The notes under the pieces were generated by a model. It was not told where the DNA came from. It searched no databases and was given only the letters and a program-made list of their open reading frames with translations. Both the position numbers and the translations under genes were made by a program. From an uncultured Lachnospiraceae bacterium (GTDB lineage Bacteria > Bacillota > Clostridia > Lachnospirales > Lachnospiraceae), in assembly GCA_937901625.1 (NCBI GenBank), contig CALDIE010000165.1, forward strand, positions 1-33,292: a DNA stretch of 33,292 nucleotides, written 5' to 3'. How positions within the stretch are numbered: the stretch's first letter is position 1; each line of letters opens with the position of its first letter. Below are positions 7,846 through 17,369 of this stretch, one piece after another.

Positions 7846-8637
7846 ATGGGGTCTGGAGTGGAAGTCCTGGTTTCTGCCATGACACAGGAACCGGAAAAAC
7901 TGATAAAGAGGATGAATCTTAAGACGGATGCGGTTATCGTGAACCAGATCGATCGTTACGGATCGGAGGAGATCACGCAGGGAGAAAACCGCATTCGCCT
8001 GTTTCATTGTGCCGAAAGAGGTGTGGGTAGAAGCAGGAATACCGCCTGGATGCGCGCAGAGGGAGATATTCTTCTGTTTTCGGATGAGGATATCGTCTAC
8101 GACGACGGATATGAAAAGATCATCCTGGATGCCTTTTCAAGACTTCCCGCTGCGGATGGGATCCTCTTTAATCTCGAGGTCTGTAAGGAGCGCCGTACAT
8201 ATTACAACACGGATACGCATCGTGTCCGGTGGTATAACAGTGCCCGCTATCCGACCTACGCGCTGGCGATCCGGCGAGATGTCCTCCTTCGCAGCAATGT
8301 GTCCTTCTCTCTTTTGTTCGGGGGCGGGGCACCCTACAGCAACGGGGAGGACAGCCTCTTTTTTCTGGCTCTTTTAAAAAAGCACGTCAGGCTTTACGCG
8401 GTGCCGGATAAGATCGGTCGGGAGGAAGCCGTCGGAGAGTCCACATGGTTTCACGGATATACGAAAAAATTCTTTTTTGACAGAGGAGTTTTGTTTCATT
8501 TCCTCTACGGTCCGTTTGCATGGCTTTTCGGGATCCGTTTTATCCTGACCAAAAAGTCGTTTATGTGTAAGGAGATCCCCGCAAAACAGGCATGGAACTT
8601 GCTTAAGGACGGCATCAGAAAGGGGAGGGATGCATGA
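7846..8637 (+). CDS. Glycosyltransferase family 2
   Basis: EVLVSAM, ERGVGRSRN, LFSDEDI (DxD-like), FG.GA.Y..GEDS, STWFHGY. Likely ATG at 7846. Confidence 0.88.
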   Translation: MGSGVEVLVSAMTQEPEKLIKRMNLKTDAVIVNQIDRYGSEEITQGENRIRLFHCAERGVGRSRNTAWMRAEGDILLFSDEDIVYDDGYEKIILDAFSRLPAADGILFNLEVCKERRTYYNTDTHRVRWYNSARYPTYALAIRRDVLLRSNVSFSLLFGGGAPYSNGEDSLFFLALLKKHVRLYAVPDKIGREEAVGESTWFHGYTKKFFFDRGVLFHFLYGPFAWLFGIRFILTKKSFMCKEIPAKQAWNLLKDGIRKGRDA

Positions 8638-9725
8638 TGATGGGAGTGTTGTTGTACCTGTCGGTGGCGATCCTTTCGATCCTGCTTGCATATCGGGTTG
8701 TTCCGCAGGCACAGACTGTTAAAGGCAGTAAAACGGAAGCGGCAAACCGTTATGTTTTAACCGGACTCATCCTCTTTTTGTCTCTTATATCAGCTCTTCG
8801 CGTCAATACCGGCAACGATTATCAGACCTACATCGATCATTTTCACGATGTCTATGTGGGAAATTATGTGGTGACGGAGCCGGGCTTTAATATACTGGTA
8901 AAGGGGATTTACGGCGCCTTGGACGGCGAGTATTATCTTGTGATCTTTGCGGTCTTTGCGCTTGCGACGGTAACGGGATCGGTTCTGGCGATCTACGGAC
9001 AGTCAAACGACTTTGTGATGTCCTTTTCGCTTTTTATGCTCTTTGGACTGTATTTTCAGTCCTTTAATACCGTGAGGTATTATTTTGTGCTGGCGCTGGC
9101 AATCTACGCATACAGGTGTGTGATCCGCAGGGAATATGTTCGTTTTCTCGCGGTTATCGTAATCGCGGCCGCCTTTCATAAGTCGGTTTTGCTGGTCATC
9201 CCCCTGTATCTGATCGCTGTGCTTCCGTGGAAGAAATGGCTGTATCCGGTGATCGGAACGGGGATTGTAAGCGGATGGATCTTTAAGGACGTATATACGG
9301 CGCTGTTTTTTCGCTACTATCCCTCCTATGAGAATGAGACGCAGTATTTTAGCGGCAACAGCGTCAGCTGGGTCAATGTAGCGCGTATCATTGCCGTATT
9401 GGCGTTATGTTACTGGCTTGGGAAAGATACGGTCGAAAAGGACCGGAAGCAGCGCTTTTACCTGCATTTGAATGTGATGGCCTTAGCGCTCTACATCGGT
9501 TTTTACTATCTTCCGTTTCTCTCAAGGATCGGTTACTACATGAGTGCCGGTCAGATCTTCCTGATACCGGAGATGCTTGCAAGGGCGGGCGATAAAGAAA
9601 AAAAGATACTTCGTATAGCGATATATGCGTTAGCGGCGATCTATTTTCTCTTTTTCCTCAGGGAAGCAACCAAAATCAATATCCGTATCCTTCCGTATTC
9701 GACATGGCTTACGGCGGCTCCGTAA
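8634..9725 (+). CDS. EpsG family protein (Wzy-like polysaccharide polymerase)
   Basis: About 10 TMs with EpsG motifs ALR.N.G.DY..Y, EPGF, N.VRY, FHKS, SRI..Y, LPY. Confidence 0.88.
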   Translation: MMMGVLLYLSVAILSILLAYRVVPQAQTVKGSKTEAANRYVLTGLILFLSLISALRVNTGNDYQTYIDHFHDVYVGNYVVTEPGFNILVKGIYGALDGEYYLVIFAVFALATVTGSVLAIYGQSNDFVMSFSLFMLFGLYFQSFNTVRYYFVLALAIYAYRCVIRREYVRFLAVIVIAAAFHKSVLLVIPLYLIAVLPWKKWLYPVIGTGIVSGWIFKDVYTALFFRYYPSYENETQYFSGNSVSWVNVARIIAVLALCYWLGKDTVEKDRKQRFYLHLNVMALALYIGFYYLPFLSRIGYYMSAGQIFLIPEMLARAGDKEKKILRIAIYALAAIYFLFFLREATKINIRILPYSTWLTAAP

Positions 9726-9766
9726 GCGGACAGATCCGGAACGGTGCGGGGAAGGGGCGAAAATCT

Positions 9767-10582
9767 ATGAGTGGCGGGAAAGTTTTCTTTTCGGTGATCG
9801 TGGTGTCTTTAAACGCCGGAAAGGAACTGAAAAAAACGATAGAGAGTATAGATTCGCAGACATATGGCAATTACGAGGTTATCGTAAAGGACGGCGGATC
9901 AAAAGACGGATCTCTTGAAGAGGTCCGCGGATATAAAAAAGTCAGGATCGTCGAAAAAAAAGACGCTTCCATATACGAGGGGATGAACCAGGCCATAGAG
10001 GAGGCTAGCGGAGAGTACTTGATCTTTATGAACTGCGGGGACTATTTCTATGATGAAAAGGTTCTTGCCCGGGTAGCTGGGGGGATATTGCAGAGACCGG
10101 AGACGGGAAGAAAGGTTCCTCGGATCTTTTACGGAGACCGTTATTGCAGGAGAGAAGGGGCTTTTGATCCTTCCCCCGTAAAGATCGATGATTTTCAGGC
10201 ATACAGGTCAGTGCCCTGTCACCAGACCTGTTTTTACTCCGCGGACTGCTTTAAGGATGGCGCGTATGATCTGCGTTATCCCGTTCGGGCGGATTATGAG
10301 CATTTTCTCCGTTGTCTGTACAAAATGAAGGCGAAGACGGTTTATCTGCCGCTTACGGTAGTTTCTTATGAGGGTGGCGGTTTTTCCGACAGTAAGAAAA
10401 ACTTAAAGCAGGCGGAAGCGGAGCATAAGGAGATCACGGCAAAGTACCTTGGACGGAAGTGCCTGTTGTATAAAACGGCGATGATACTCACACTTCAACC
10501 GCTTCGAAAGAAGCTGATGGGCAGCATACGTTTTGCGAAATATTATGCTGTCTTAAAGAAAAAACTACGCAGGAAGGGGTGA
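9767..10582 (+). CDS. Glycosyltransferase family 2 (WcaE-like)
   Basis: SVIVVSLN, KDGGSKDGS, D.SIYEGMNQ, FMNCGD, CHQ, ADYE, GGFS. Likely ATG at 9767. Confidence 0.92.
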   Translation: MSGGKVFFSVIVVSLNAGKELKKTIESIDSQTYGNYEVIVKDGGSKDGSLEEVRGYKKVRIVEKKDASIYEGMNQAIEEASGEYLIFMNCGDYFYDEKVLARVAGGILQRPETGRKVPRIFYGDRYCRREGAFDPSPVKIDDFQAYRSVPCHQTCFYSADCFKDGAYDLRYPVRADYEHFLRCLYKMKAKTVYLPLTVVSYEGGGFSDSKKNLKQAEAEHKEITAKYLGRKCLLYKTAMILTLQPLRKKLMGSIRFAKYYAVLKKKLRRKG

Positions 10583-11868
10583 TGCCGGTGCGAGTTATGT
10601 GGCTTTGTAATATGATGCCGTCACCGGTCGCCGAGGCTCTACACAGATCGGGACACAACAAAGAGGGATGGATAGCGGGAGCGATGCGCCCCGTTGCGGA
10701 AAATAAGGATATTGCGCTGGCATTGGTATTTCCGGTGAAAAGGGAGGAAGAATCCGAAGAGATCCGGGGTGAAGTGGACGGGGTCGCGTATTACAGTTTC
10801 TGGGCGGATGCCGAACATCCCGAAATATACGACCGGACACTGGAATCGTCTCTCGGAATGATCTGCGAGGAGTTCATGCCGGATGTTATCCATGTATACG
10901 GAACGGAATATCCGCATACACTGGCCATGCTTCGGATCAAGGAATGGAGAAGCCGTGTGCTGGTACACATACAGGGCGTGATGTATCGCTATGCGCCGCT
11001 TTACTATGCGGGGCTTAATGAGAAGGTGACGGAGAGTGCCACTCTCCGGGATGTCCTTCGTAAGGACAGGATATGGCAGCAGAAGGAAAAATACGTGCTT
11101 CGGGCGGAAAATGAGATTGAGGCTTTGAAACTGGCGGAGAATGTCTGCGGGCGAACGGATTTTGACCGCGAGGCGGTTATGTCGTTAAACCCGAATGTGA
11201 AATATTTTCTGTTAAATGAAACCTTGAGGCCGGAATTTTACGGTGCTAAATGGGAGCGGGAGAAGGTAAGAGATCACTCGATCTTTGTATCTCAGGGAAA
11301 CTACCCGATCAAGGGTCTGCACTTTGCGCTCGAAGCGCTGGCTAAGGTAAAGGAAAGTTATCCGGACGCGCATCTTTATGTGGCGGGCAGTGATATCGTC
11401 CGTTACGGAAGTCTTACGGGAAGCTTAAAGATTTCCGCTTACGGCGCTTATCTGAGGAAACTGATCCGCTCCTTGCGTCTTCGTTTAAATGTGACCTTTC
11501 TGGGATCTCTGGACGGAAGCGGGATGCTAAAGCAATACCTTTCATCGCATGTTTTTTTACTGAGTTCCGTTATCGAGAATTCACCGAATTCTTTAGGAGA
11601 GGCGATGATCGCGGGAATGCCCTGCGTGACAGCCGATGTGGGAGGTATCGCTTCTCTTGCGAGCGATCAAAAAGAAGTGCTGATGGTGGATCCCATGGAT
11701 GCGGACGGTATGGCGGAGGCGATCGTTAAGATCTTTAAAGATGACGATCTGGCCAAAGCACTGGGGGAGAACGCGGCAGAGCGGGCGTTACTTACCCATG
11801 ACGTCAAAGCAAACTACAAGATGATGCTCTGGATCTATGAAAGCATTGCAGAGGCGAATCGAAAGTAG
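10579..11868 (+). CDS. Glycosyltransferase family 4
   Basis: PDVIHVYGTE, YPIKGLH, ENSPNSLGEAM (E-x7-E), VGGI. GTG start overlaps the upstream stop. Confidence 0.93.
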   Translation: MMPVRVMWLCNMMPSPVAEALHRSGHNKEGWIAGAMRPVAENKDIALALVFPVKREEESEEIRGEVDGVAYYSFWADAEHPEIYDRTLESSLGMICEEFMPDVIHVYGTEYPHTLAMLRIKEWRSRVLVHIQGVMYRYAPLYYAGLNEKVTESATLRDVLRKDRIWQQKEKYVLRAENEIEALKLAENVCGRTDFDREAVMSLNPNVKYFLLNETLRPEFYGAKWEREKVRDHSIFVSQGNYPIKGLHFALEALAKVKESYPDAHLYVAGSDIVRYGSLTGSLKISAYGAYLRKLIRSLRLRLNVTFLGSLDGSGMLKQYLSSHVFLLSSVIENSPNSLGEAMIAGMPCVTADVGGIASLASDQKEVLMVDPMDADGMAEAIVKIFKDDDLAKALGENAAERALLTHDVKANYKMMLWIYESIAEANRK

Positions 11869-11902
11869 GAAAAATCTGTTATGTCAAAGGAGGCGGATGC
11901 GG

Positions 11903-13042
11903 ATGCGCAAAACAGAAGAGAATACACTGCCAAGTGTTACCTTTCTGACCAATTATCTGACACATCACCAGCTTCCGTTTGCCCTGGAGATGTACAGGAT
12001 ATTGGGGGATAAATTTATCTTTGTGGCCACCAATTACATGGAGGAGGAAAGAAAGTCCATGGGTTGGGGATCGGAAGGAGCGCGTTACCCCTTTTTTCAT
12101 CATTTTGACGATGATATGCCTTATGCCGATAAGGCGATAAATGACGCGGATGTATTGATCTGCGGCAGTACGCATGTTTCCTACATCAAAGCAAGGCTTG
12201 ATGCGGGGAAACTCACCTTTCGCTATTTTGAAAGATTATACAAAAAAGGACGGGCACGGGCTTTCTTTCCGAGGGGATATATCTCCAAGTGGAAAGAGCA
12301 TACCGCGTACAGGAAGGCTCCGGTCTACCTGCTTTGCGCAGGTGCCTATGTGGCGGGGGATTTTAACCTCTTTGCCTCCTATCCGGGAAAAAAGTTAAAG
12401 TGGGGATATTTTCCCGAGTTTAAAGAGTATACGCAAGAGGAACTGATCCGCCCGGAGGATAAGAAGATCCGGCTTTTGTGGACGGGAAGAATGATCGACT
12501 GGAAGCATCCGGAGGACGCAATCGAACTGGCGGCTTATTTAAAGGCGCAGGGAGTCGATTTTCTTCTTACGATGGTCGGGGAAGGAACACAGGCAAAGGA
12601 TTGCAGGGATAGGATTGAGAGATATCATCTGCAAGATCACGTGGAATGTCTGGGATTTGAGAATCCCGAGAGTGTAAGAGAGCGGATGCGTAAGGCGGAT
12701 ATCTATCTGGCTACGAGCGATCACGAAGAGGGCTGGGGAGCCGTCATCAATGAAGCGATGAATGCCGGCTGCGTGGTATTCGCGTCCGTCGAGATGGGAG
12801 CGGCTCCGTATCTGATCCGTTCCGGTGAGAACGGCTTTTTGTTTAACAGAAATAAAGCCTCTGTGTGGATGGAGGAGGTAAAAGATCTCTGCGGGGATCC
12901 TAAGCGGAGAAAAAAAATCGGCGCAGCAGCATATGAAACGATCCGGGATGAGTGGAACGCGAAAGAGGCTGCAAAACGTTTTGTGACCTTTTGCGAAGAC
13001 CGGGATCGTATCCCGGGGAAAGGACCGATGTCGAGAGCATGA
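11903..13042 (+). CDS. Glycosyltransferase family 4
   Basis: GRMIDWKHPE, EGWGAVINEAM (E-x7-E). AGGAGG RBS 9 nt before ATG 11903. Confidence 0.92.
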   Translation: MRKTEENTLPSVTFLTNYLTHHQLPFALEMYRILGDKFIFVATNYMEEERKSMGWGSEGARYPFFHHFDDDMPYADKAINDADVLICGSTHVSYIKARLDAGKLTFRYFERLYKKGRARAFFPRGYISKWKEHTAYRKAPVYLLCAGAYVAGDFNLFASYPGKKLKWGYFPEFKEYTQEELIRPEDKKIRLLWTGRMIDWKHPEDAIELAAYLKAQGVDFLLTMVGEGTQAKDCRDRIERYHLQDHVECLGFENPESVRERMRKADIYLATSDHEEGWGAVINEAMNAGCVVFASVEMGAAPYLIRSGENGFLFNRNKASVWMEEVKDLCGDPKRRKKIGAAAYETIRDEWNAKEAAKRFVTFCEDRDRIPGKGPMSRA

Positions 13043-14232
13043 TGGAAGTGGTATTTGTATCTAATTATATCAATCATCACCAGCTCCCCTTTTGCAGGGC
13101 GATGATCGCCTCGAAAGAGGTGGAGTTTACCTTTCTGCAGATGGAGCAGATGGATGAGGAACGCATCGGTATGGGATGGGATACGGATCCGTCGGACTAT
13201 CCTTTTGTACGTTTGTATAAGGATGATCCCGGGGAAGGTCAGAGGCTCATCGATGAGAGTGAAGTCGTTATCTACGGGGGAGTGGAGGAAGAAAGCTATC
13301 TTGAAAAGCGCCTTACCGGCGGGAAACTGACCGTGCGCTACAGCGAGAGGATCTACAAAGAGGGTCAGTGGAAGTTTATATCCCCCAGGGGATTAAAGAA
13401 AAAGTACCATGATCATATCCGCTACAGGAACGCGCCGGTATATCTTTTGTGTTCCGGAGCCTATGTGGCGTCGGATTTTCATTTGATCCATGCCTATCCG
13501 GATAAGATGTACTGCTGGGGATATTTTCCGGAGTTTGTACCGTATGACTATGATGTATTGACGAGACAAAAGCATGAACGTGATACGGATATTGTAGAGA
13601 TCTTATGGGCCGGAAGGATGATCGACTGGAAACATCCGGAACTGGCGATCCGCCTGGCGGAGGATCTTGCTAAGAAAAAGACAGCGTTTCATATGACGAT
13701 GATCGGAGGCGGCGAACAGAATGCAAGGATCCGGAGTATGGCCTCGGAAAAAGGTCTGGATTCCCTGATCAGTTTTCCCGGATTCCTTCCGCCAAAGGAA
13801 GTGAGGGAGAGAATGCTTGCCTCGGATATCTTTCTTTTTACCAGTGATTTTAAAGAGGGATGGGGTGCTGTACTTAACGAAGCCATGAACGCGGGCTGCG
13901 CGGTCGTTGCGAGCAGCGCGATCGGTGCCGTTCCGTTTTTGCTTGAACATGATAAAAACGGTATGGTGTATAAAAACGGCAATACAGAGGAGTTTTTAAG
14001 GTACGCGGGAGAACTCTGTAAGGATCCGGGGAAACGCTATATTCTCGGCAATGCGGCCTATACAACGATCGCCAACCGGTGGAACGCGGAATACGCGGCC
14101 GCGGCACTGATCGGATTCTTAAAGTCCGCGATCATCGGTATGCCGGAGGCAAGACCGATCGGACCGCTTTCAAAGGCGCCGATCATTGCCCCGAAGAAGG
14201 GGTATGAATATACAAGACAGTCGATTTACTAG
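13039..14232 (+). CDS. Glycosyltransferase family 4 (paralog of the preceding gene)
   Basis: GRMIDWKHPE, EGWGAVLNEAM. ATG overlaps the upstream stop (ATGA). Confidence 0.92.
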   Translation: MMEVVFVSNYINHHQLPFCRAMIASKEVEFTFLQMEQMDEERIGMGWDTDPSDYPFVRLYKDDPGEGQRLIDESEVVIYGGVEEESYLEKRLTGGKLTVRYSERIYKEGQWKFISPRGLKKKYHDHIRYRNAPVYLLCSGAYVASDFHLIHAYPDKMYCWGYFPEFVPYDYDVLTRQKHERDTDIVEILWAGRMIDWKHPELAIRLAEDLAKKKTAFHMTMIGGGEQNARIRSMASEKGLDSLISFPGFLPPKEVRERMLASDIFLFTSDFKEGWGAVLNEAMNAGCAVVASSAIGAVPFLLEHDKNGMVYKNGNTEEFLRYAGELCKDPGKRYILGNAAYTTIANRWNAEYAAAALIGFLKSAIIGMPEARPIGPLSKAPIIAPKKGYEYTRQSIY

Positions 14233-14287
14233 GAAGCGTCCGGGACCCGCGATAGAAAAGCGCGGATGAGACGCAAGGGAGACGGAG

Positions 14288-15250
14288 ATGGGAAATGTTA
14301 TTGCAAACGCATTCGCGTTTCGGGAAAATTACGGAAACTCCATGCAATTGGAGGGCAGGAAAGATGACCGGAAGCTCCGCGCCTATATGAGTGATATTGT
14401 CGTATCGCTGGTATCCGCCAGGCGGAAAAACCCGGAGGATACGGTAGTGCTTGTGACCAACCGTGATCTTCCGGAGGATTTTGTGAAACGCCTTCAAAGG
14501 GAGGAGATCGAGGTCTTATCGGTTCCCTTTGACGCGTATGTGATGCCTAAGGATTTTCCGTGGGCATTGGCTTTTTATAAAATCTGCGCGCTGGAATATC
14601 TGGCAGCGAAAGAGGGAGTCGAGCGTATCCTTTTGATGGATACCGACACATATACAACGGAGTCGTACGCGTCACTTTGGAAGGAAGCCGATCACGGACT
14701 GATGCTCTTTGGACTGGGGCATTCCTATGACCATCCGGATCGGGCGCAGATCAGAAAGGACTATAGATCCCTCTACCCGGAGGAGAAGCGAAACATCGTT
14801 CATTACGGCGGAGAGTTCCTCTGCGCAAGACAGGAGGATCTGGCGGATTATTTAAAGATCTGCAGATCCGTGTATGAGAGGATGAAAGAAAAGGCTTTTT
14901 CGGTGGATAAAAAATCCGGAGATGAGCTGATCCTTTCGATCGCTGCCGCGATCTATAAGGAGTCACACCCCGTTACGGAGGCAACAGCCTATATCTACCG
15001 TTACTGGACGGAGGATCATTTTTACCTGGTATCTACCAATACGGAAAGCAACCCCGTATGCATCTGGCATCTGCCCGAAGAAAAGGATAAGGGGCTGTTG
15101 CTTTTATACAGATATTATGATAAACATAATGCTTTTCCCAAAAAGGAGAAAGCCTGCCGTTATCTCGGACTGATCAGGGCAAAAAGGCCATATCCGTTAA
15201 TGAGTCTGTACGCAAGGTGGATAAGGAAAAGAATGGGAGAGAAACGGTGA
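14288..15250 (+). CDS. Putative GT-A fold nucleotide-sugar transferase (GT8-like, unassigned)
   Basis: VSLVSA...LVTN, FYK, LMDTDT (DxD), GGEF, GDE..LS, and a C-terminal WH pattern typical of GT-A enzymes. Confidence 0.6.
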   Translation: MGNVIANAFAFRENYGNSMQLEGRKDDRKLRAYMSDIVVSLVSARRKNPEDTVVLVTNRDLPEDFVKRLQREEIEVLSVPFDAYVMPKDFPWALAFYKICALEYLAAKEGVERILLMDTDTYTTESYASLWKEADHGLMLFGLGHSYDHPDRAQIRKDYRSLYPEEKRNIVHYGGEFLCARQEDLADYLKICRSVYERMKEKAFSVDKKSGDELILSIAAAIYKESHPVTEATAYIYRYWTEDHFYLVSTNTESNPVCIWHLPEEKDKGLLLLYRYYDKHNAFPKKEKACRYLGLIRAKRPYPLMSLYARWIRKRMGEKR

Positions 15251-16239
15251 CAGAAAAGATCAGTGTGATCATTCCGATCTATAATGTGGAAAAATATCTG
15301 AGGCGCTGTATCAACGCGGTGCGGGAACAGAGCTATACGGATCTGGAGATCATCCTGGTGGATGACGGCTCCACGGACGAAAGCGCGGCGATCTGTGATG
15401 AAATGGCGGGGGAAGATGAACGGATCCGTGTGATCCATAAGAAAAACGGCGGATCGTCTTCGGCAAGAAATTGCGGGATCGAGGCGGCAGAGGGCGCGTA
15501 CATCGGGTTTCTTGATTCGGACGACTGGCCGCAGAAGGATATGTACGAGACCCTGCACAGGGCGCTAAAAGAGTATCCGAAAGCCGGGATCGCGCAGGTG
15601 ATGAGCAGAGACTTTGATGAGCAAAAAAACCTGGTCAAAGGGCCGCAGAGGGATGATCAAAAGACGGTTCTATTACAGAAAGAGGAGTATTTTTCGGAAC
15701 TGATGCTCCATGTGGGAGACAGTTCGTTTTGCACAAAACTTTTCCGCGCGCCGGTGATCAAAAAGTACCGTTTTAAGGAAAAGGAATTAAACGAGGACTT
15801 TGAACTGCTCCTTCGGATGTTCCCGGAATTTGAGAGTATAGTGACGGTAGGAAAAGTAGGTTATAATATTGAGCTGCGGGGAGGGAGCAATACCAGAGGA
15901 AAGTACGAACAGGCCCGCTTCGAAGCGATGATGCGAAATGCGGATACCGCGATGCGGATGGCAAAAGAAGAGTTTCCCTCACAGGAGGTTAAGGCAAGGC
16001 GCTTTGTTCTTGTACAGGCGTTGGACTTCTTTTTGCATGTGCCGGTAGAGGAGATGCGAAAAGATAATCCCTTCTATCTTCAGATGGAGGAGAGATTAAA
16101 AAGTTCCAAGGAGGAGATCGATACCAATCCGTTCCTATCGGCAAGGGACAGGAAAAATCTTAAGATCCTTTATCCGGCGCCGCGTACGGTCCGCCGGCTG
16201 CACGGCGTGTGGATGAGGATCAAAGGAAACGGAAAGTAA
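15247..16239 (+). CDS. Glycosyltransferase family 2 (EpsJ/CpsJ-like)
   Basis: ISVIIPIYNVEKYL, LVDDGSTD, SARNCG, FLDSDD, NED. GTG start overlaps the upstream stop. Confidence 0.93.
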   Translation: MTEKISVIIPIYNVEKYLRRCINAVREQSYTDLEIILVDDGSTDESAAICDEMAGEDERIRVIHKKNGGSSSARNCGIEAAEGAYIGFLDSDDWPQKDMYETLHRALKEYPKAGIAQVMSRDFDEQKNLVKGPQRDDQKTVLLQKEEYFSELMLHVGDSSFCTKLFRAPVIKKYRFKEKELNEDFELLLRMFPEFESIVTVGKVGYNIELRGGSNTRGKYEQARFEAMMRNADTAMRMAKEEFPSQEVKARRFVLVQALDFFLHVPVEEMRKDNPFYLQMEERLKSSKEEIDTNPFLSARDRKNLKILYPAPRTVRRLHGVWMRIKGNGK

Positions 16240-16245
16240 GGATTT

Positions 16246-17349
16246 ATGAGCAGAAAAGAACGTATCTACGTATGCCATACATTTTATCATGTCTACATCA
16301 CCTTCTTAAAAGAACTGGCGCTCCCAAAGGAAAAGCAGGGCGGCGCTACGGTCGTTTTGAGCAGGATGTCCAATAACTTTGCGGGACTGAAAAGCCGTTT
16401 GCAAAAGCAGGGATATTTTGAGGACGTGATCGAATACGACGAGAAGCGGGAGGAATTCTTTCCGGAGCTCGAAAAATACAAGAAAGATCACGGAAATATC
16501 CTGGTCAATATGTTTTGGCGGATCCGTTTTACCAAAAAGTTCGCGCAGTGCCAGAAAGAATGGGTGCCGGTGGATTTTAAGGAATACAAAGAAGTGTATG
16601 TATTCTGTGATGCCGATCCGATCGGAGTTTATTTAAATAAAAATCATATCCGTTACCATGCGCTTGAGGACGGTCTGGATTGCTTAAAGACGCTCGACGG
16701 AGCGCGGGTGACGAATCGGGGACATTTTGGTTTAAAGGCGTTTATGGCGTCGTTAAACCTGATCTTTATCGAAAACGGATACTCCAGGTATTGCATCGAT
16801 ATGGAGATCAATGACCGCAGTGTTTTAAAATATGATTACAAAAAATATCGTGAAGTTCCGCGCAAACCGCTTTATGAGCGCTTGACGCCGGAAGATAAGG
16901 AAATCCTTCTGGAAGCCTTTGTGGAAAACAGAAAGGAGATCAAAGAAAAGATCCGTATGATCAATGAAGCGAGAAAAAAGGGAACAGGAAAGGCAGTGCT
17001 GATTCTCTCCGACCCTCTCTGCGACCTCGATACGCGTAAGAAGATCATGGACGATCTGCTTGAAACCTACGGAAAAGAAGAGGATGGGAAAGAGACACTT
17101 GTGTTTATAAAACCGCATCCGAGGGATGCGCTGGACTATAAAGAGCTCTATCCAAAATGCCCGCAGTTTGATCCGACGGTACCCATGGAGATGCTCAATT
17201 TCTTTGAAGGGATCCGTTTTGACAAGGTTGTATCCGTCTATACGGAATTGGGAGCGATCACCTATGCGGATGAGAAGATCCGCTTATCGCATGACTTCAT
17301 GGATCGCTACGAAGCGCCGGAGGTCCATCGGCATGATCTGAAGATCTAA
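16246..17349 (+). CDS. Putative sialyltransferase / nonulosonate transferase (GT52/GT80-like, CpsK/Lst-like)
   Basis: N-terminal YVCHTFYH, (D/E)(D/E)G motif LEDG, HP motif IKPHPRD, PMEML. Confidence 0.72.
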   Translation: MSRKERIYVCHTFYHVYITFLKELALPKEKQGGATVVLSRMSNNFAGLKSRLQKQGYFEDVIEYDEKREEFFPELEKYKKDHGNILVNMFWRIRFTKKFAQCQKEWVPVDFKEYKEVYVFCDADPIGVYLNKNHIRYHALEDGLDCLKTLDGARVTNRGHFGLKAFMASLNLIFIENGYSRYCIDMEINDRSVLKYDYKKYREVPRKPLYERLTPEDKEILLEAFVENRKEIKEKIRMINEARKKGTGKAVLILSDPLCDLDTRKKIMDDLLETYGKEEDGKETLVFIKPHPRDALDYKELYPKCPQFDPTVPMEMLNFFEGIRFDKVVSVYTELGAITYADEKIRLSHDFMDRYEAPEVHRHDLKI

Positions 17350-17369
17350 ACGGCGAAAGAGAGAAGGCT

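Noticed and set aside
9954..12917. Phase-variable homopolymers in GT genes (A8 at 9954-9961 and 12910-12917)
   Set aside because: The tracts are short, encode Lys runs, and both frames are intact.
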